Assembly: GCF_006345805.1 (NCBI RefSeq)
Contig: NC_043003.1
Span: 21,948,001 to 22,012,000, forward strand
DNA from: Octopus sinensis
Lineage: Eukaryota
DNA length: 64,000 nt
Direction: 5' to 3'
Shown: positions 52,644 to 64,000 of the stretch, one piece after another
Numbering within the stretch: the first letter of the stretch is position 1
How the letters are laid out: every line of letters begins with the position of its first letter
Position numbers and translations under genes: made by a program
The notes under the pieces: generated by a model
Seen by the model: only the letters and a program-made list of their open reading frames with translations
Database searches by the model: none
What the model was told of the DNA's origin: nothing

Positions 52644-52688
<45 letters not shown>

Positions 52689-53097
52689 CCTGAATGTATG
52701 TTATGTTCTTTTTTTATCAAAAAAAAAAAAAAAAAAGAGGCTATAAGGATTTTAAATTATCTGTAGTTGATGTCTGCTCCTACAATTGATGTGCATATTC
52801 AAATTTTCACATCTTGCATGACATTATGTAAAAGGCCACACTTGCTACTCTTACCCAACCACTCTCATATTTTTCATTTTCACAATGATAAGATCGAGAG
52901 GACAATGCAGGTCATATGAGCTACATTATCCTCTCTACATATTCTGGCTTAAATTAAACAGGTTTGGAAATTTTCTTCCTCAAATTGATTTGTTCTTAAT
53001 CATTTCCTTTGTTAGGCTACATCATTCTCTGGCTGATTCTGCCTCATTCTGAGTTTTCTTCAACTCATTAATGCTTGGCTTTATTATCTTTCCCCAG

Positions 53098-53248
53098 GCA
53101 CTTATTCTCTCAGTCAATTTATTTTCATCTTATCATTCAACTTGGGGAATCTTTCTGCTAATAGTTAGCATGTCCCTTATAAATTTTAGCATGATCTGTT
53201 ATTGTTTTTGCTCGGCAGCTCCTGATGGCTCTTACAACCTAACCTCTG
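53098..53248 (+). CDS. Candidate host exon D (ALILSVNLFSSYHSTWGIFLLIVSMSLINFSMICYCFCSAAPDGSYNLTS, phase 0-1)
   Basis: ctttattatctttccccag acceptor and 50 open codons in the phase set by exon C; the donor gttaat is weak. Confidence 0.3.
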
Positions 53249-54210
53249 GTTAATTATATAGATTCTCCACAGAAAATGTTACATAACCTAAAGATTGCTG
53301 TCAGTGGGGAAACTCTCAGTAGAAAGTTACATTTCACATACACACATAATCATTGCTGATGTCTGAATATTCATATTAATTAAGAAAAATAAAAATAAAA
53401 AAATACTTACAAAATAAATTAAGTTTATTATCTCCTGATTTTATGAGAGTCATATTAAAAAAGAAAAGAAAAGAAAAAATTAAATCTAGTGTTGAAGGTA
53501 AAGAGAAAGATTGTCAGTAAGTGTGGTTTATGCATGCTGACTCATTAGCTACACTCACTGCTCAACATAAACATGTAACATGTCTTAGAAACTGGAATGT
53601 TTTTATAATCAGTTTTGATGTACTTTCAACACTATTTTGGAATTAAGGAACTTTTCCATTAAGAGCAAGTCATGCTTAGATAAATCTGTAAAATTGAATA
53701 TATTTTAATTGCATTGACCTCTTTTGTTGTCGGGTTGCAAGCATAGCATACACATATATATTTTTTTTTTGGGTGTTCTGAATTTTTTTCCTTCTCTCTT
53801 CTAATTATGTCCCTCAGATTCCCTGACATCTCACTTGATACAGTTGTAAAAGGCAGTCTTTCTCAATAAATGTTTCATATATTAGCAATTTTGTTTCTTG
53901 CATGAATGAACATCTGCACATATACATACATACATTAAACTTACGCATTGTATGTGTACTGTGTATGCTTTTATAGGACAAATGACTCAACGAAGAATTT
54001 GGTTAAAAATAACAAAAGCTCTTGGTTAGAATTCCAGAGTTACTCTAATTAACATATATAATAAGCTGCATAGATTGATTGTAGGCTAATTAAATTGGAC
54101 ATGGTTTGTCAGGCGGCTTAAACTATATCCCCTCCTCCCATACAATCCATTAATATGAAGGCGTATTTTTCTTTCCATTCTCTTAATCCCAACATAAAAT
54201 ATATTGACAA

Positions 54211-54318
54211 TTATAATGCCCACCCTCCTTGAGTGTTGAAAATGTGCGTTTTGAAAAGGATATCTATTAACATGCAGAACTTGAGTGGATTCATTGTGGA
54301 TTAGTTTGAGTCCATAAA
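54211..54318 (+). repeat. 108-bp inverted repeat, left copy
   Basis: Reverse complement of 56299-56405 with 5 mismatches and 1 indel by eye. Confidence 0.95.
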
Positions 54319-54900
54319 GGCAAATTTATGTAATCAATTTACTGATATTTCTTTTTTGTTACTTACAAAAGAAAGAATACAAAAAAAAAAAATGAGAAAA
54401 GACCCAACAAACCAAGCAAATATTTGTCAGGAATGACAGTAGAAAAGATGGGTCAGTGTAGCTCTAATCAAATTGTTGGCATTTCTGTATTTTAACCGTA
54501 GTTCATTAATAAACAAGCTAAAAATATTTGAAAACCTTGATCAGAATATAGGAAAACAATCTCTGAAACAAAATTGTGTTACTAAAGAGACCATTTTAGC
54601 ATCCCTTCTACATAGTCATCATTTAATTCTAAGAGGAAGGTGGGGTGGGGTGGAGAAAAGAAAATGAAGTTCATATTTATTGTGTGTTAATATAGTTACT
54701 TAAAAAGGATAGACATTACAATAGAAACACTATTCTTCATGATGGCTAACTATAGAATATAGTGTTAGATGTAGCCATCCATGAATAGGTGTAATCAAAC
54801 AGCCTTGTGTAATGTAGCCAAATAGTTACTCTGTTTGGTTAAAGTTACTTGACTTTGACAGATTTGTTTATCAGAAGTTGCTCAACAGATCTTCAAATCT

Positions 54901-54904
<4 letters not shown>

Positions 54905-54976
<72 letters not shown>
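54905..54976. repeat. (CT)n(CA)n microsatellite
   Basis: Directly visible. Similar tracts at 38074-38132 and 62786-62838. Confidence 0.97.
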
Positions 54977-54978
<2 letters not shown>

Positions 54979-55229
54979 GCTGCTGGCTCACTAGTAACTA
55001 GGCTGTGGTTAGTGAATTGAGTTGCACAAAATCTGTATACGATTTATATTTGATAATTTAGTTTAGGGTTATTTTTTGAATATTGATTTCTATATCACTG
55101 ATACTTATTGATCAAGAGAGATGAAGGACTGGGTTGCTTGGTAGGATTCAAAACAGTTGAGATAGAGGGATAAGACTAAATGACATTTTTGTCAAATCAT
55201 TATTTATTATATAAAATGTGTGTCCCTTT

Positions 55230-56110
55230 TTTATACTTAAAAAAAAAAAAAAAAAACCTCAACCCATTCATATTGCGCTTTTCCAACAGATGTCAGTTTG
55301 ATAATTTTCCTTTCATTTCTATTGATATCCAAATCATTTAGTGATTGGTTTCTGGCATACTAGTAGAATTGACTGTATATTGTGTCACCAGCATAGCAGG
55401 TTACTGCACATTTTGAACAGTGGGTATTGTTTACTATTTTAAACATCGTAACATTGGTAAGCTTTCATAAGCTTGTAGTGAGCTCAAATATCCTCATGAT
55501 CTTGAAGAAGACAATGGGAAACCTTACCAGTGTTCATTTTTTGAATAACTAAATGAATGAATTTGTAATCTTCTGCATTTTCCCAACAGCTGATTGGGTT
55601 ATGGAATAATATCCAATCACCCAATCTCTTTCGGGTAATTTTCTATTTATGTTTCTGTTTCTCCCATAGCTATCTATATGACGAAGTTGATGATCAGATG
55701 AAACAACAGGGGTGACAGGAGACAACCCTGTAATAATGTTGAAGAATTCTGAGTTGCTACTTTCAGTACTCACATAGTCTGTAGACTCTTAAAGGTGGAA
55801 ATGTAGTCTTCTTAGATACCATATGCCTTGGCAGTACACCACAGCATTTCTCTGTGTATTCTGTCAAAAGCTTTTTTACAATCAATAAACCGGTGTTTTC
55901 TGGAATTCCAGGCACTGCTCCACAATGTTTTACAGTACAAAGATCTGTTCACTGCATGATCTTTGTGATTGCTTTTCCCCTTAGCAATACATTCTTGGAG
56001 GCATCAGAATATTGTTACTGTATCTACATAAGTCAATCCTGTGTATAAGCCAGCCATTGATTTTTAGCTCAGGCATCAATAATTTATTACAGGATCGAGA
56101 TATTGGCTGA
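55230..56110 (-). pseudogene. RTE-clade LINE RT fossil
   Basis: FIDCKKAFDRIHREMLW (55838-55889) and QGCLLSPLLFHLIINFV (55680-55730). Confidence 0.85.
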
Positions 56111-56298
56111 CACCCCTCCTTTTCTTTTTTTGATGGTGATGGAACAAGTTATACTGGCAGTAATAAAGTAATATACTTTATATGGTACCCCACCGTTTAG
56201 TCATTCCTCTGTGTTTGCACAGTTGCATGTATGTGTGATTATGTACCTATGACATCTCTCCCTCTGGACACTGAATGTTGTGTTTGTTTAACCTTACA

Positions 56299-56405
56299 TT
56301 TATGGACTCAAACTAATCCACAATGAATCCACTAAGTCCTGTATGTTAATAGATATCCTTTTCAAAATGCACAATCTCAACACTCAAGGAGGGTGGGCAT
56401 TATAA
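56299..56405 (-). repeat. 108-bp inverted repeat, right copy
   Basis: Reverse complement of 54211-54318. Confidence 0.95.
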
Positions 56406-56569
56406 ATGAAGAATTTAGTAAAATAACTTTGTCCTTAAATAACTCGGTATTTGGAACAAATTGGTATGAAATTTTGAAAGAAAGATTTTAATTTAGATCA
56501 TTTTAAAGCAGGAAGTTTGTAATATAGAACCAGCAGTGGCCTTGGGTTAGTTGGTATCAAAAGGGTTAA
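56406..56569. mobile_element. Right portion of the piggyBac-like MITE family
   Basis: Aligns to 29160-29332 and ends GGTATCAAAAGGG|TTAA; the left end is missing. Confidence 0.65.
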
Positions 56570-57099
56570 TGTAACATACTGATTTAGCTGTTATGATGAA
56601 GCAGTGCACTCTAGGACACGACACTATATTCAAACTACCAATGCATTGACCACAAACACTTGTTGCCTCTGTCACTTCTGAACATTTCTAGAATGGTACA
56701 GTAGATACATATACAAAACAATACAGCACATACATATATAAGCTTGCATTGCATCTAATATTTATAGATTTTTTTTTCCTTCAGATTCATAGGAAATTTC
56801 CACAATGCCTTCTGCTGATTAAATCAAGTGTTTCAGGTCAGACAGCAGTTTGGGAAAAAAAAAATAAGAAAAAAATAAAAAGGAAACCCAATGGGATTTG
56901 CACAATATTTTCTGCTAAACTGTTTTACCTGCAGTATTGTAAAACAATTGAGGAAAAGTAATACAATTCAACATTCTAAACAGGAATACTATAAACTAAC
57001 AAGTTGTGAGTAGGCTACCATTAGTGAAGACATAGTAAACTCATTCTTTTAACATTAATTTGAAAAATGAAACTAGTTTACAACTAAGTTCAAGCTTTG

Positions 57100-58210
57100 A
57101 GTGATTGAATATGCAGAGAAAAGAATTTAGAGTGTTAGTAGTTGGAAAAGGTTATCTGAAAAATAGATGACAGAAAATAAATGTACTAACAGAGGAAAAT
57201 GTAACAAATGGCCATAGTTGCAAGTGGAACTGGCAAAGTATGTCAACGAAAACTGATGAAATGAATGTGGTGTTTCCTGAGAATCTGTATATGTTTTTTG
57301 TCTTGAAATTGAGATATGGATCTTGCACAGAATCTTTCACAAGAACTGTCATAAGACATATATGAAGTGAGGCAATAATACAAGCTCCAACACTAGCAAT
57401 ATGTGAATGAATTATTATTTTTTTTATTTCTTTTATTTCATCTAGTTTCAGCTCACAAGCTATGCCCATGCTTGGGCACCACCATTTGGTGTTGCTACAT
57501 AATTTTACTTCATGAATGCTTTTTAGCAATTGGCATTTGGTGCATGAGGGAGTTTGATGCAGCTGCCCTCATCTGCACCTCCTGCTACAAAGTTGGTTCA
57601 TCTGGGACACCTGACAGGAAGAGGTCCAACTTTATTTTGAAGACACCTATATCCACCCCATGCAGGTCTCTTAAGTCCTTTGGGAGGATATTGAAGAGCT
57701 GTGGACCTCTAAAGACCAAGCTATTGCAGTATCTTGTCCTACATCTTGATGGCAAATTTGGAGTCCTTGGCACTATGCAGTGGCACCCAGTTCTAGTATT
57801 TGTGTAATTCTCGATGCCAAAGTTTGGGACAAATCCTTCCAGATGTATATTATGTCATAGCTTTCTCGCCTACGCTCTAAGGAATAGAGTTTTAATCTCT
57901 TGAGTCTTTCCCAATAGCTTATATGCTGCATAAAGGCTATCTTCTTCGTGTAGCTTTGTTGGATTGCCTCAAGTCCTGAGATTAATTTGACACTGAATTG
58001 TGGAGGCCTAGGATGAAAATAAACAAGAAATTATGACATTCTTTTAAGAAACTTGGGAATTTGAATTCTATTGATGAAACAAATAATGATTTGTCGTAAG
58101 ATGGTGTGAGTACTGACCACATGCTTGAGGAAGAAGATACTGATACAGGAGCCATTTGGTTCTGATGATGACAACACGGACAGTAAAATTTATATTGAGA
58201 AATATTGTTG
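57100..58210 (+). pseudogene. Internally deleted pogo/Tigger-like transposase fossil, split by a LINE
   Basis: NKWP*LQVELAKYVNEN (CENP-B-type HTH region), and APTLAICE*I ... VEA*DENKQEIMT..FKKLG..SIDET rejoins across the insertion (cf. ICEWIVEAWDE). Confidence 0.6.
57414..57993 (-). mobile_element. 5'-truncated CR1/L2-group LINE 3' end
   Basis: SYWERLKRLKLYSLERRRE and NSLVFRGPQLFNILPKDLRDLHGVDIGVFKIKLDLFLSGVPDEP*, then an A-rich tail; TGAATT on both sides (57408-57413, 57994-57999). Confidence 0.9.
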
Positions 58211-61200
58211 GGTTTCACTTACAGAATATATTTCTCTTGTTTTAAATGTACTTAATAGAAATTGATGCTTCAGATTTAATCAAAAAACAAATTAATGTCT
58301 CACTATCAATAAACCTCTAAATATGAAGATGCTGCACTTAAAAATGAAGTGTAAGATGTAAACTCCAGACACCATACACTTAAAAATAAAGGCATTGCAC
58401 ATAATTATAAAAGACTGCATATTATTTCATTACTAATTGGTTCAAAATTTGTATTTACTACTTGTAGCTGGCAAATATTATTCATGTCTAAAGCTAGTAG
58501 TTGTTCCTAGCCATTCTTATTTATGCACAAATTTCGAGTAACCAAACTATTACTTGTGTATAGGTCCTGTCCCATCACACACAGACACACACTTTGCTTA
58601 AAAATTTGGCCTTCAATACTCTTGAGTATATACAACAATTGTTGAACATTTGGGTATAATGCCAGCACAGCTATTTTGGTGAAAATGCATCCTGGCTAAA
58701 GTTAATTTCATGAAAATGTTTCAGCATTTACTACGTATGTCAGTGTGCATGTAACTTTTAAACATTTCCTCTTGGAGGAAAGAAGAAGAAAAAAAAGGAA
58801 AGATAGTCAAGAGAGTGAATATTGGGTAATGTAGTAATTTGAAATAAATTATAGGATAGTCTTGGCAAGAAAGCTTCTCATCATAGGTCTTTTCAATGAG
58901 CACTCAGAGTTAAACAAACAACATCATTTAGTTTTACAATTGTATTATATAATGCAGGTGTTGAAATCACAGCATATATTTTCTTGATAATAATCCATAA
59001 ATGATGTCTTCCCATAGGAGATGATCAGTAGGATTGTGTATTGTGTGATATTAGAAGGAAAACTGTCCCCTGAGCAGTTTTCTGGCAGCCATTTTGATAA
59101 GGATATATATCAACATGTAAATGTGTGTGTCCATGAGTGTGTTAAACTAAAGACCTAAAAGTCTCTAGTTCAATCTAGGGTTTAGGCATTTTGATCAGGG
59201 GCTCTGTTTTGCTTTTGAAATCGATTGACTCTCTTCGAGAGGTGATAGAAGTATTTTCGATCACGCACACACACAGACACACACACCAATCAAAGCATGA
59301 TTTCTGCACATATAAAAGAAATAATAAAAGAAAAATATAGCCATTGACCAATATTGTTTTTCCATATTGCACATATATATTTTTAGATATTTTTTTTAAG
59401 TTTCCACATTAAATATGTTATCTCTAACTTCCACTAGGATAATCATACTCTGGCACAGTCATTTGTAACTCAACACAATGTTGTAATGAACTATATTATG
59501 TTGTCCATCACCAAACTTAAAGGTTCAGATTTTATAGTTTTTAATACGACTTCTTGTTTTAGCAAAATGCTTTTTGTAGATTCATATAAAGTACATGTAG
59601 CCTTCGGTGTCACAATTATATAATCTAGAAACGCATTGTAGTGTTAACGAAAAGTATAGTCCATGTAGTAGACTTGTAAAAAATCATGGGAGCATGGAAA
59701 ATTATGTTAAATGGTGAGAGACGTCTAGAGAAGAGTACATGTATGTATGCTTGCTTATGCATATCATTCATTGATGTTACTTCCTCATTTTGTATGTATC
59801 AGTGGTTTATTTTTAGTTTAGAAATAGAATTACAGTTTCTCAGATTTGTTAGAAAATTGAAATCATTGAATTCACATAGGTTTATGTGCTTGAGTGTAAA
59901 TTAGATTCATTAGATTTTTATGTAGACTTCAACTTTTTGTGTGTTTAATATTCATTTTATTTGAGCTATCTCTCTCTTTTTTTAACATCATTCCTCACTA
60001 GGTTCCTGGGTTGTAGAATTGTAGTGAGATAGATAATCAATTTCCTCAACTGAAACGATTTGCTAGATCCCCCCCTCCTTTCCCTTCTTTGTATTTTTGT
60101 CCTTTGATATGATATTTTTGTTAATTTCACATCTATACTCAGCATACAATATACTCTAGAACAAGAACAGATATATAGAAAGTGGATAGATGTTTTGTAC
60201 CTATTTAAGTGGAACAGATATTGATTTTGTGTCATAAATTACATTGAAAATGACTTTCTCTCTCTCACTTTCTCTCTCTTCTTTGTTTCTTATAGCTATA
60301 TTTTCTATTGTTATTTGCTACCTTTTGTGCCCTATATTTGTATAATGGGGTTTTCTTGACGTATGTTCCTTTGCTTATATTAGCACTTCTGTCAGAAAAT
60401 AAAGCTTGAACATTGCACTTAGTAAAAGCATAAGTTGCTGCGTGAAAAATATGAATGTCATTAGATTTGATACATATATACATAATGGATTTTTAGGATT
60501 GATCTTCTTTTAATTCGAGTTGTAGACATATTTATTAGTATTCACTGACATATTTTTATTACTACAAATACAGATATTGAAAAAAACAAATTAGTATGCA
60601 AGCAAACCACTGTCTCTTTTAAAAAATTTTATGTATACTGAAAACCTGTTTGTACAGCTTCTTATTAAAATTATATTTTAATGTTACTAAATCACTGTTA
60701 TGGATAATATTTTCTTTGTCTTTCTTGAACATTTAATTGGATAAAAATATGTTTTGTTAATTTTTTTTTAGTTTTGTATGAAAAATTTCTTAAAAAGTTA
60801 GTTTCGTCATGCACAGTGTTTGAAAACACAAAATAGGGATCATGCTTGTTTGTTTTACAAAATAGGGAACAAGCTTACCTAGCAGTGAAATATTTGTGTT
60901 TGTAAATCATATAAATACCATCCTTTTGCAAAATTCTATAAATAATTATGGAGAGAGAAAAGATGTTTAAAAAAATCTCTCTTTCTCTCTCTCACCCATG
61001 CTTGTTTTACAATTGTTGACAGTCATGGGCCTCCCTTGCCAAGACCTGAGGAATTTTGTTGTTTTTTTTTAAAGATACAGTGGAGAATTCCTGTGCCTCT
61101 TACTTTTTTACTAGCCTCCTGTTCTTGTGAGTTGACCTTTCAAGCACAAGGCCTTTTAGCCCCGAGGCAAAAGGACTGGTGTTCAAGACATCAAAGCAAG

Positions 61201-62783
61201 TCCACATACTTGCGCCTGTGAGGCAACATCTCTTGGAGGCCAGCCCATGTCATATATAGCCTTAACCACAAGACCATCTTCTGCAGTTTGACCTGCAACT
61301 GGGACCCATGACAAGTTCTATCATCCCAGGTCAGAGTGGACCTGGGAGATGTAACTAAGGGATAGTACCATGCTTCTCCAAACTCCTGGACTCAAGCCTC
61401 ACTACTGGATACCCAAGACAGAAAAAATATAGTTAATCCACTTGATACAAACCTGCTGGAGACCTCACCTGGTTCTATGATACAAACTTACTGTCATAAA
61501 GTGATTGAAATTGAAACCTTCCATCAAAATTTTGTATTAATTTATATCTGAAATACCAGCTGAATAATGACAATAATAACTGTGAAGTTAAAGTACTGGA
61601 CTATTGAAAACTGTCATAAATATGAAACTTACTACAGCTATTGTACTGTTTCCTTGAAATTACTTAATTTACAGGGAGATGTAGAATTCTGTGTCAACTG
61701 ATTGGCAGACTTGGCTAGATTGTACCGTGCTTAAGAGGTCTGATGAGACAGAAACATGTCTATAAATACCCCTTGCCTACTAACAAAGAGAAAAATAAGC
61801 ATGTAAATTAGCTTTGAGAGAAATAACTTCTTAATTTCCTTATCAATACCTTCTTTTCATTAGGTTTTTGTTTTCTTTCTCTGAAAGGGAGATTTCCACT
61901 AATTAAGAATTTTTTTTGTGTACTGTTTAGTACATCTCTCATTAACCCAATTACTCAAATTCATACCATTGACTCATTTGAGTTATTTCCCTTAGCTCAT
62001 ATTTCAAAAGCTAGATTAATATTTGTTTCAATTTGCTTCACCGATGAAACATCATTCCTACTTCATGGTTGAGTATTCATTAGATATTAAAAAAAATACA
62101 ATTATACAAAATGCTTTTCTTTGTAAACATCCCATTTATGCCAACAGAGAAAAACAGATGCAAAAATAACCGCTCTCTTCTCTTTTCTATAGACTTGAAA
62201 CATGTAGATAAGTGCAGCTTTGATGATGCAACTATTATCCTAAATTCACTCCTGACGTTTGGTAGTGTATCTATTTCCATAAAATATTCCGTTGTTTGAA
62301 CAGAAGTGCAAGAGGTAGCTGATAGCAAATAAAACATATCTGGATGTATCAGCTATTTTACTTCTTCAGTTTCACCCCACTCAAGTGTGTGCAATCATGC
62401 AGGCGTGTTATTTGAAATTTTTATCATATTAAACATTCTATGCCTGGCTCTAGGAAAAGCATCGGACCATGAAACTACCATTCTAATTAACTGTGCTTGA
62501 GTGCACTAAATGTTACTACATCTGCTATATATACTGAACTGCCCTTTTTCAGTACTTGGTGCATTTGGCATGAAGCCAAAAGTAGTTAGGTAGCCCCAAC
62601 AGATCCTTGAAAGCAGAGCCAAATTGATATTAAAAAAAATTCAAATAGAATTAAGAGGGGGGAAGGAGTGAGTGTGAGAGAGAAAGAGAGAGAGAAAAGT
62701 GGGTGAATTTTTGTTATTTACAAAGCACATTTCACACAGATATGCTTCAAATAGTAATCTATGTATATGCAATTAACTGTCTG

Positions 62784-62828
<45 letters not shown>

Positions 62829-63459
62829 CTCTCTCTCTGATTAAGTTGTAAGATTACTGAGGACTATAAGATCATACCTTACTACAGCATTGCACTGTGT
62901 CTCAAGGCAAAATATATTTATTACATTATTCAAACATGATAAAAACAGGTGTCAGTTCTCCTCCATAATTTAATAGAAAGTTGCGTCTTGCAGAAAAAAA
63001 GGAAAAAAAAAAAAAAAAACCCCAACAATATGCAAATGTTCAATTTTTAGATATAAAACAGAAAAAACAACTCCCACTGCAAAACCTAGCCATGCAAACA
63101 CAGGAGGGGTGGTTTTAGATTTTGTGTATGACATAAGTTGGTTGAGTATAAAACATTACTATACACTCAAACTCAATTTTAGTTAGTTATTTTCTTAAAT
63201 CGATTTACATCAATTTTTCCTTGCTTGCAAAAAAGTTGGTGTGATTTGCAGTTGTGAAAGTTTGTATAAAATGGTGCATTGTTTATATATATATATATTT
63301 ATCATTTATTTTTTTTTATTTTTTACTGTTGGATATTTTCTCTAACACCAACTTGCCAAGCTAGACTGAAGTAAATCAATGTAAAATCACAGCTAATTAC
63401 TTGAAGCTGAATTTGAAAATATGATTTTGAAGTTTTCAGTCACTAGATGTGGCTGTCTG

Positions 63460-63820
63460 GTTATGGAGCTGACTTGGCAACCATGTGGTTTCAGGTTCAA
63501 CACTACCCTGCTGCACCATGGGCAAGTAGTGTCTTTTACTATTGTTTCTGACTGACCACTGCCTTGTGAGTAGGTTTGGTAGATGTCAACTGTATAGTAA
63601 TTGGCTGTGTGTGTATACACATGTGTCTCTAGGTCTGTGTTGTCCCTCACTACTGCTTGACACCAGGTGTTGGTTTGTTTACGTCCCTGTAACTTAGCCA
63701 TTCAGCAAAAGATGAGCTGGAATAAATACTAGGCCCAGACTTAAAAATAAGTCTTCAAAACCACTTCAAGTGGTACTCCAGCATGGCTGCAGCCACGTGA
63801 CTGATGTAAGTAAAAAATAA
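63460..63820 (+). mobile_element. Degraded full-length SINE family B copy
   Basis: catgtggtttcaggttca..gggcaagt..gccttgtgagtaggtttggtagat..tttacgtccctgtaacttagc..ccagcatggctgcag. Confidence 0.8.
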
Positions 63821-64000
63821 AGATAAAACACATGCATGCATATTATTAATAGATGATGTGTTAACTGTTATAAATAGTTGTTTCGACCCTGGGTCAGTTT
63901 TATTTGAACAGAGCTTTTGATGAAAGGCATTTCAAATGTAACCATTCTCTCTCTTATTATTCAATATATCTTTCCAAGTAGGGTGTGATAGTTCCTATTT

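Larger units (their letters stand above)
52417..52645. mobile_element. Non-coding Penelope-like terminal-repeat insert: perfect 158-bp palindrome (52417-52574) plus 71-bp unique tail, flanked by (TA)n
   Basis: Arms are exact reverse complements around GCT|AGC (centre 52495/52496); (TA)n at 52401-52416 and 52646-52685; hammerhead motif in each arm. The palindrome is certain; the PLE assignment is inference. Confidence 0.7.

Noticed and set aside
56588-56685. C/D-box snoRNA-like layout (ATGATGA ... CTGA with a 3-bp terminal stem)
   Set aside because: No clean rRNA-complementary guide was found by eye, and such boxes occur by chance in ATG-repeat-rich DNA.
40084-58250. Minus-strand microexon chain (58223-58250, 56929-56975, 54343-54361, 53411-53434, 50262-50272, ~44.97 kb, 40084-40121) reading FKTREIYSNVELYYFSSIVLQYCSNKKEISEIINLIYFAMK..KVSMQGNKDRLK
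   Set aside because: Several exons are as AT-rich as introns, one donor is poor and non-fitting candidates had to be skipped. An equally open chain can be built on the + strand, so this is likely chance. Only 40084-40121 has individually strong signals.

Overview
AT-rich, repeat-dense animal genomic DNA. The SINE/LINE families resemble, from recall, those of octopus (coleoid cephalopod); this attribution is inference. No long intact ORF, rRNA, bona fide tRNA or CRISPR array is visible. The window is mostly microsatellites, two or three tRNA-derived SINE families, truncated RTE and CR1/L2-type LINEs, decayed DNA transposons (two mariners, hAT, pogo, piggyBac-like MITEs, Helitrons) and two Penelope-like (PLE) reverse-transcriptase fossils. 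It is probably largely intronic. The best host-gene evidence is a chain of four phase-compatible + strand exons at 48.8-53.2 kb encoding an unidentified hydrophobic, membrane-like segment. The standout is a 229-bp ORF-less insert at 52417-52645, flanked by (TA)n on both sides. It starts with a perfect 158-bp palindrome, and each arm carries a minimal type I hammerhead-ribozyme motif of the kind found in PLE ends. More degenerate hammerhead-like traces occur near 18.0, 43.2 and 61.7 kb. All alignments and folds were done by eye; boundaries of decayed elements are approximate.
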